Origin: Chromatiales bacterium
GTDB lineage: Bacteria; Pseudomonadota; Gammaproteobacteria; SpSt-1174
Assembly: GCA_014762505.1 (NCBI GenBank)
Contig: JABURS010000029.1
Coordinates: forward strand, 60,178-124,177
Reading direction: 5' to 3'
Length of the DNA: 64,000 nucleotides
Below the pieces are notes generated by a model, which worked only from the letters and a program-made list of their open reading frames with translations, did no database searches and was not told the DNA's origin. Positions 58,594 to 64,000 of the stretch are shown here, piece after piece. Made by a program: the position numbers and the translations under genes. Each line of letters starts with the position of its first letter. The first letter of the stretch is position 1.

Positions 58594-59969
58594 TTCTCGT
58601 TACCTGCCTGTTTCGGATCGATCCCCAGCGCGCGCATCTTACGATAAAGGTGCGTGCGTTCCATCCCCACGCGCTCGGCGAGCCGGCTCACGTTGCCGCC
58701 GACGCGGTCGAGCTGCTGCAGGAGATAATCACGCTCGAAGCGCTCGCGCGCCTCGCGCAGTGGCAGGTCGAGAAACGCATCTTCGACCGGCATCGATGCT
58801 GCCTCGGCCTCGCGCCGCTGCCCGAGGGCCGCCTCGACTTCATCCGCACCGATCTCCTCGCTGGTACCCAGAATCAGCAATCGTTGCACCAGGTTGCGCA
58901 GCTCGCGCACATTGCCCGGCCAGTCGTAGTGCACCAGGCGATTCTGTGCACGCAGGGAGAACCGTCGATAGGGCAGACCTTCCTGGCTGTTGAGCAGATC
59001 GACGTAGAAGTTCAGCAGTTCAGGCACATCCGCGGCATGCTCGCGCAGCGGCGGCACGACCAGCGGTACCACGTTGAGCCGGTAATAGAGGTCGTCGCGA
59101 AAACGCCCGGACCTGACCGCCTCGCGCAGATCGTGATCGGTGGAGGCGATGATCTGCGCGGTGAGTTCGACCCGCTCGTTGCCGCCCACCCGGGTGAAGG
59201 CCTCGCCTTCCAGGGCGTCCAGCAGGCGCCCCTGGGTCTGCAGATCCATGTCACCGACACCGCCGAGAAACAGCACGCCGCCGCCCGCCTGTTCCAGCAG
59301 GCCGTACTGGATGCGGTCGCCCTGCTGGCTGCCAAACAGTTCCTCGGCCGAGGTGTCGGGCGACAGCGAGGCCACCGTGACGGCGACGAAGGGCCGGTCG
59401 CGACGGGCACTGCGCGAGTGGAGATAACGCGCCACTGTCTCCTTGCCGGCACCCGGCTCGCCCGTGATGAGGACGCAGGTGGCATGCTGGGCGAGACGTC
59501 CGACCTGATCGCGCAGCTTGCGCATCACATCGCTCGCGCCGACCGGCTCGATGACGCGCCCCATCTCGCGCTTGAGTCCCTGGTTCTCGCGCGTCAGCTG
59601 CTCGGTGCGCAGGGCGCGGCTCACGGTGATCAGCAGCTTGGCCAGCGAGATGGGCTTCTCGATGAAGTCGTAGGCCCCCAGGCGGGTGGCCTCCACTGCG
59701 GTCTCCACGGTGGCATGGCCCGACATCATGATCACCGGACAGGGCAGGCCACCGCTCTCCCGCCACTCCTTGAGCAGGCTGACGCCATCCATGTCCGGCA
59801 TCCAGATGTCGAGCAGGATGAGATCCGGCCGACGGTGCCGGCGCTCCTCGCGCGCGGCGGCGGCATTCTCCGCCACGGCCACTTCATAGCCCTCGTCCTC
59901 GAGGATCTCGCGCACGAGGTTACGGATATCCGGTTCATCGTCCACGACGAGGATGCGGTCTGCGGTCAT
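58590..59969 (-). CDS. ntrX: NtrX-like response regulator (REC + AAA+ + Fis HTH), GAFTGA motif absent
   Basis: [17 protein letters not shown]...; Walker A GEPGAGKE; the ELFG...GAFTGA region is replaced by [14 protein letters not shown]; C-terminal HTH. Track ORF N-extended to 60245. Confidence 0.8.
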   Translation of the reverse strand: MTADRILVVDDEPDIRNLVREILEDEGYEVAVAENAAAAREERRHRRPDLILLDIWMPDMDGVSLLKEWRESGGLPCPVIMMSGHATVETAVEATRLGAYDFIEKPISLAKLLITVSRALRTEQLTRENQGLKREMGRVIEPVGASDVMRKLRDQVGRLAQHATCVLITGEPGAGKETVARYLHSRSARRDRPFVAVTVASLSPDTSAEELFGSQQGDRIQYGLLEQAGGGVLFLGGVGDMDLQTQGRLLDALEGEAFTRVGGNERVELTAQIIASTDHDLREAVRSGRFRDDLYYRLNVVPLVVPPLREHAADVPELLNFYVDLLNSQEGLPYRRFSLRAQNRLVHYDWPGNVRELRNLVQRLLILGTSEEIGADEVEAALGQRREAEAASMPVEDAFLDLPLREARERFERDYLLQQLDRVGGNVSRLAERVGMERTHLYRKMRALGIDPKQAGNEK

Positions 59970-62191
59970 GATTCCTTCTCTTCGTCCGGGACAGCGGTGA
60001 TGCCGTTCACCAGTTCGTCGGCGACGCGCACCACCGGCAGGCGAATGACGATGCGTGCCCCGCCCTGCAGGCGGTTCTCCGCCCACACGATACCACCATG
60101 TTCCTCGACGATTTTCTTGACGATGGCCAGCCCCAGGCCGGTGCCCTTGATCTTGCCAGTGACGTAGGGCTCGAACAGGTTGTGCAGCATCTCCTGCGGC
60201 ACGCCGGGGCCCGTGTCGGTGGTGGCGAACTCGACGAAGCGGCAACCGGTCTCCTCCATGCAGCGGGTGGAGAGCAGCAGCTCGCCACCGCCCTGCCCCT
60301 CCATGGCATCCAGTGCATTCTGCACCAGGTTGTTGAGCAGCTGTCGCAGGCGACCGACGTCCGCCTCGATATAGGGCATGCTGGTATCCAGGTCCAGTCG
60401 TAGGCGCACGCGTCGCCTGTTGGAGCGATAGAGGTCGGCAACCTCGCTGATCAGGCTGTTGAAGTCGAGCGTGGCCAGCTGCATGGCCGGTGCGCGGGCA
60501 TAATCGCTGAAGGCGTTGACCATGGCCTTCATGGCCTCCACCTGCTGCACGATGGTGCGCGTGGAGCGGGCCAGCATGTCAGCATCCCTCTCCCCGAGCT
60601 GCGGCATGAGCTTGCGCTGCAGACGCTCGGCCGAGAGCTGTATGGGTGTGAGCGGGTTCTTGATCTCGTGGGCCAGGCGCCGGGCCACTTCACCCCAGGC
60701 CGCATCGCGCTGCGCCCGGATCAGCTCGGTCACGTCGTCGAAGACGATGACGTGACCGCCGCGCATGGCGTTCTGGTCGGAGAGCCGCACCCCGCGGCAG
60801 ATCAGGGTGCGCGAGCCCGCCCCGCCGAACAGCAGCACCTGCTCCTCCCACTCGCTGGCATCGCCCAGCAGCATGGGGAGGATGCTCTCGTAGAAGCGCT
60901 CCATGCCCTTGAAGTGTCGTGCGATATCGGCCAGCGGCCGGCCGATGTGGTGCTCGAGTTCGAAACCGAAGATCTGGTCTGCCGCCGCGTTGTTCATGCG
61001 CAGCACCAGGTTGCGATCCAGTGTCAGCACGCCGGACGAGAGGTGGCGCAGCACGGCCTCGAGATAGGTGCGCTGGCGCTCGAGCTGCCCGCGGCTGCGG
61101 TCGGCCTCGTCCCGCGCCGAGGCCAGACGGGCGGTCATCTGGTTGAAGGAGCGCACCAGAAAACCCAGTTCGTCGCGGTTGCCCACCGGCAGCTTCTTGG
61201 AGAACTCGCCGGCCGCCACCGCCTTGGTCCCCTCGGCCAGCTCGCGGATGGGCGCCATCAGCCGACGCGAGGAATAAAAGGCCGTCCACACGGCGAACAG
61301 CACCGACAGCAGCAACACCAGCGAGAGGGTGATGGTGTAGCTCTGGATCAGCGGCTTGCGCACATAGGCCAGCTCCTTGTAGGCCTCGAAGGCACCGCTG
61401 ACGCTGTCGGCCAGGCGGCCGATGCGCGGATCGACGCCGAACAGCGCCTGCAGCATGCGCTGTTCGGAAATGGGATCGGCGCGCGGCACCGGCACCACCA
61501 CGCGTACCCGCAGGCCACCCTCGGCCAGCGGCTCCAGGCCCACGTAGTTCTGCCCCTGCTTGAGCATGAGCACGATCTCCTCGGCCGGGAACTGCGGCAC
61601 CACCAGCGTGGTGTCGTCGCTGCTCACGGCGATGATGCGCGTCACCTCGCCGAACAGCGTTAGTTCGGAGGCCTCCACACGCTGCCGCTGCTCGCTGAGT
61701 GTGGCCGGCGCCATCGGGGGGGTGACATAGCGCAGCTCCCGGGCCAGCGCCTCCACCTGCTTGAGGTGGCGGCGCAGGCGGTAATCGAGCGAGGTGCGGC
61801 TGAGATCCAGGGCGTCATTGAGCGCCCCCTCCACACGCACGTCGAACCAGCTGTCGATACCGCGTTCGATGAACTTGACGGAAAAGTAGTAGACGATCGA
61901 AACGGGGGCCAGCGAGAGGACGATGAACATCACCACCAGGCGCAGGGTCAGCCGTGAGCCGGCCTCCCGCTGCATCACGCGACGCACCGTGTCGAAGAGG
62001 TTCACGCCGATCATCACCGTAAGCACCATCAGCACGATGGTGTTGATGAGCAGCAACCACACGTACAGCCGGCCGAAGCGCTCCGAGTTCTGGGCCGCGT
62101 CGCTCATCACGTAGAGCGAGATCAGCAGCAGGGCGAACAGCCCGAGCATGGGCAGTACGCCGGTCGCGAATCGCCTCAGGGCAGAGACCAT
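59966..62191 (-). CDS. ntrY: NtrY-like sensor histidine kinase (HAMP-PAS-HisKA-HATPase)
   Basis: TM segments, PAS, H-box HEIKNPLTPI, G-boxes. Confidence 0.85.
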   Translation of the reverse strand: MVSALRRFATGVLPMLGLFALLLISLYVMSDAAQNSERFGRLYVWLLLINTIVLMVLTVMIGVNLFDTVRRVMQREAGSRLTLRLVVMFIVLSLAPVSIVYYFSVKFIERGIDSWFDVRVEGALNDALDLSRTSLDYRLRRHLKQVEALARELRYVTPPMAPATLSEQRQRVEASELTLFGEVTRIIAVSSDDTTLVVPQFPAEEIVLMLKQGQNYVGLEPLAEGGLRVRVVVPVPRADPISEQRMLQALFGVDPRIGRLADSVSGAFEAYKELAYVRKPLIQSYTITLSLVLLLSVLFAVWTAFYSSRRLMAPIRELAEGTKAVAAGEFSKKLPVGNRDELGFLVRSFNQMTARLASARDEADRSRGQLERQRTYLEAVLRHLSSGVLTLDRNLVLRMNNAAADQIFGFELEHHIGRPLADIARHFKGMERFYESILPMLLGDASEWEEQVLLFGGAGSRTLICRGVRLSDQNAMRGGHVIVFDDVTELIRAQRDAAWGEVARRLAHEIKNPLTPIQLSAERLQRKLMPQLGERDADMLARSTRTIVQQVEAMKAMVNAFSDYARAPAMQLATLDFNSLISEVADLYRSNRRRVRLRLDLDTSMPYIEADVGRLRQLLNNLVQNALDAMEGQGGGELLLSTRCMEETGCRFVEFATTDTGPGVPQEMLHNLFEPYVTGKIKGTGLGLAIVKKIVEEHGGIVWAENRLQGGARIVIRLPVVRVADELVNGITAVPDEEKES

Positions 62192-62769
62192 TCGTACCAC
62201 TCGCTGGCGGGACGCCAGTCTTCGGAGGCATAGGCGCGCACCCGCAGGGGCAGGGGCAGCTGGTCGATGTCCAGGCGGGCCCGCAGGCCGCCCCGGTAGT
62301 GTTCCCCGGGCAGCAGCAGGGACGTATCGATCAGCGGGAAGTCACGCAGGGCACCCAGGGCATAGAGGGCGGAGCCGAGGGAGGGATAGGTGGTCTGCAC
62401 GCCGGTATTGAGGTTCTGCACGACGTAGAGCCGGCTCAGGGTGTAGTAGCCCAGGCGATAGCGCTGCACCAGCTCGGCCACGTCCTCGTTGACCCACCAG
62501 TCGCGCAGGCGCTGCACACGCAGCTCCATCTCGATGACCAGGTCCACCCCATTGTGCAGGGCGTCCCGCAGCACCGGATTCAGGCTGTAGCGCACGTCGG
62601 CGTCGATGCGGATGACGCCGTCGACGTTGCGTGGATAGACGGCATTGACGACGAACGGCGGGGCCTCCTGTGCCGCCAGGGCAAGGGGCGAACCGACCAG
62701 GCCCGCGAGCAGGCCCAGTCCGATCAGGGCCCTGCGCAGTCGCGGCCAGTTGTGGGACGTATGCGTCAA
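62176..62769 (-). CDS. DUF4390-like periplasmic protein
   Basis: 197 aa with signal peptide, positioned between rsmB and ntrY as is typical of DUF4390 genes. Confidence 0.6.
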   Translation of the reverse strand: MTHTSHNWPRLRRALIGLGLLAGLVGSPLALAAQEAPPFVVNAVYPRNVDGVIRIDADVRYSLNPVLRDALHNGVDLVIEMELRVQRLRDWWVNEDVAELVQRYRLGYYTLSRLYVVQNLNTGVQTTYPSLGSALYALGALRDFPLIDTSLLLPGEHYRGGLRARLDIDQLPLPLRVRAYASEDWRPASEWYEWSLP

Positions 62770-64000
62770 GTCTTTGTCAGGCCAGCGTAGTAGAAACCGT
62801 CCATCCCGGAGTCGCCGGTGAGGATCTGACGCCCCACCGATACCGCACGCCCCCAGGCGGCCTCTATCGGCAACTCCCGGGCGTCCACGTGGCGTGCGAG
62901 AAATGTCTCAAGCTGCCGGTTGTTTTCCTCCGGCAGCACCGAACATGTGGCGTACAACAGCATACCGCCCGGCGCGAGCAACGGCCAGAGCGCCTCCAGG
63001 ATGCCGGCCTGACGTCGCACCAGCTCGTCGATGTCGCCCGGTCGGCGATGCAGCTTGATGTCCGGGTGGCGGCGAATCACGCCGGTCGCCGAGCAGGGCG
63101 CGTCCAGCAGGATGCGGTCGTAGGGCTGCCCGTCCCACCAGGCGGCGGGATTGGACGCGTCGCCCGCGATCAGCCGGGCCCGGGCGCCTGCCCGATCCAG
63201 GTTCTCCTGTACGCGCGCGAGCCGCTCGGCGTCGATGTCCATGGCATCCAGGCCGATGCCCGCCGTCTCGGCCAGGTGCGCGGTCTTGCCACCGGGCGCG
63301 GCACAGGCATCCAGCACGCGCTCGCCGGGACGGGGGGCCAGCAGGCTGCCGGCGAGCTGCGCGGCGGCATCCTGCACCGACACCGCACCTTCGGCAAAGC
63401 CGGGCAGCCGGGCGACATCGACCGGCGTGGCCAGGCTCACCGCACTGGTTACCAGGGGATGCGGTTCGGCCTCGATGCCGGCCTCAGCCAGGCGCGCCAG
63501 GTACGCGTCGCGGGAGCCCTGCGCGAGGTTGATGCGCAGGGTCATGGGCGGGCGTTGATTGCCGGCAGCCAGCAGCCCTTCCCAGGCATCCGGGTGGGCG
63601 GCGCGCAATCGCTCGAGCAGCCAGTGCGGATACGCGTAGCGCGACGCCGGCTCCCGGTCGACCAGCGTCTCCAGGGCCGCGCGCTCGCGCATCAGGCGTC
63701 GCAGCACCGCGTTGACCAGCCCGCCCGCCCAGCGCTTGCCCCGCCGCTTGACCAGCTCCACGTACTCGTTCACCACCGCATAGTCCGGCGTGTCGAGGTA
63801 CAGCAGCTCGTAGGCACCCAGGCGCGCGGCGTGCAGCACGTCGCGGTCACGCGGCTTCAGCGGTCGCGTGATGAGCTCCCCCAGCAGGGCCTCGAGGCGT
63901 TGGTACCAGCGCAGGGCGCCATAACTCAGTTCCTGCGCCAGACCGCGATCGCGCGCCTCCGGGATCTGCGCCAGCAGCGGCGGCAAGGCGCGCGACAGCG
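62766..64000 (-). CDS. rsmB: 16S rRNA (cytosine967-C5)-methyltransferase RsmB/Sun, C-terminal ~410 aa (N-terminus beyond window end)
   Basis: NusB-like plus MTase domain (DACAAPGGKT, PCSATG); the reading frame stays open upstream of the track's TTG at 63986. Confidence 0.85.
   Translation of the reverse strand, partial: LSRALPPLLAQIPEARDRGLAQELSYGALRWYQRLEALLGELITRPLKPRDRDVLHAARLGAYELLYLDTPDYAVVNEYVELVKRRGKRWAGGLVNAVLRRLMRERAALETLVDREPASRYAYPHWLLERLRAAHPDAWEGLLAAGNQRPPMTLRINLAQGSRDAYLARLAEAGIEAEPHPLVTSAVSLATPVDVARLPGFAEGAVSVQDAAAQLAGSLLAPRPGERVLDACAAPGGKTAHLAETAGIGLDAMDIDAERLARVQENLDRAGARARLIAGDASNPAAWWDGQPYDRILLDAPCSATGVIRRHPDIKLHRRPGDIDELVRRQAGILEALWPLLAPGGMLLYATCSVLPEENNRQLETFLARHVDARELPIEAAWGRAVSVGRQILTGDSGMDGFYYAGLTKT

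Overview
High-GC (~67%) gammaproteobacterial core-genome segment with Pseudomonas-like synteny. Nearly everything is recognisable housekeeping. Minus strand, 1-12.3 kb: cbb3 oxidase operon ccoNOQP-ccoG, then the complete aa3 oxidase structural and assembly cluster coxB-coxA-ctaG-coxC ... surf1 - CxxxC protein - ctaA-ctaB. 13-17 kb: bioH-bioC, plsY, tsaD, then rpsU-yqeY. 17-37 kb: a large block (gltD-hemE, a 201-aa unknown co-oriented with mrcA, divergent pilMNOPQ-aroK-aroB-dgt-damX-like-gltB) separates yqeY from dnaG-rpoD-tRNA-Ile2(CAU). 41-49 kb: gpmI, tatCBA-hisEI-[hairpin array]-hisFAHB. 48.7-55 kb: an FNR/Anr-family regulator gene, amtB (sigma54/NtrC-type promoter, no glnK) coupled to a 229-aa unknown, dtd-pip, a small membrane protein, ttcA. 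55-64 kb: trkA-trkH-methyltransferase-TPR, and rsmB-DUF4390-ntrY-ntrX. No CRISPR, mobile elements, prophage or obvious defence or toxin loci are visible. I did not find a clear multi-gene novel system. The most unexplained signals are: a dense array of perfect hairpins inside the his operon (45.46-45.68 kb); a structured leader with a 16-bp perfect palindrome, an intrinsic terminator and an ATGA-coupled uORF upstream of ttcA; an unannotated 35-codon single-TM ORF with a strong SD between coxA and ctaG; an AT-rich 300-bp island upstream of coxB sharing an exact 15-mer with the mrcA/pilM divergent promoter; and uncharacterised proteins coupled to amtB and to mrcA. Coordinates of short features may be off by 1-2 nt (hand counting).
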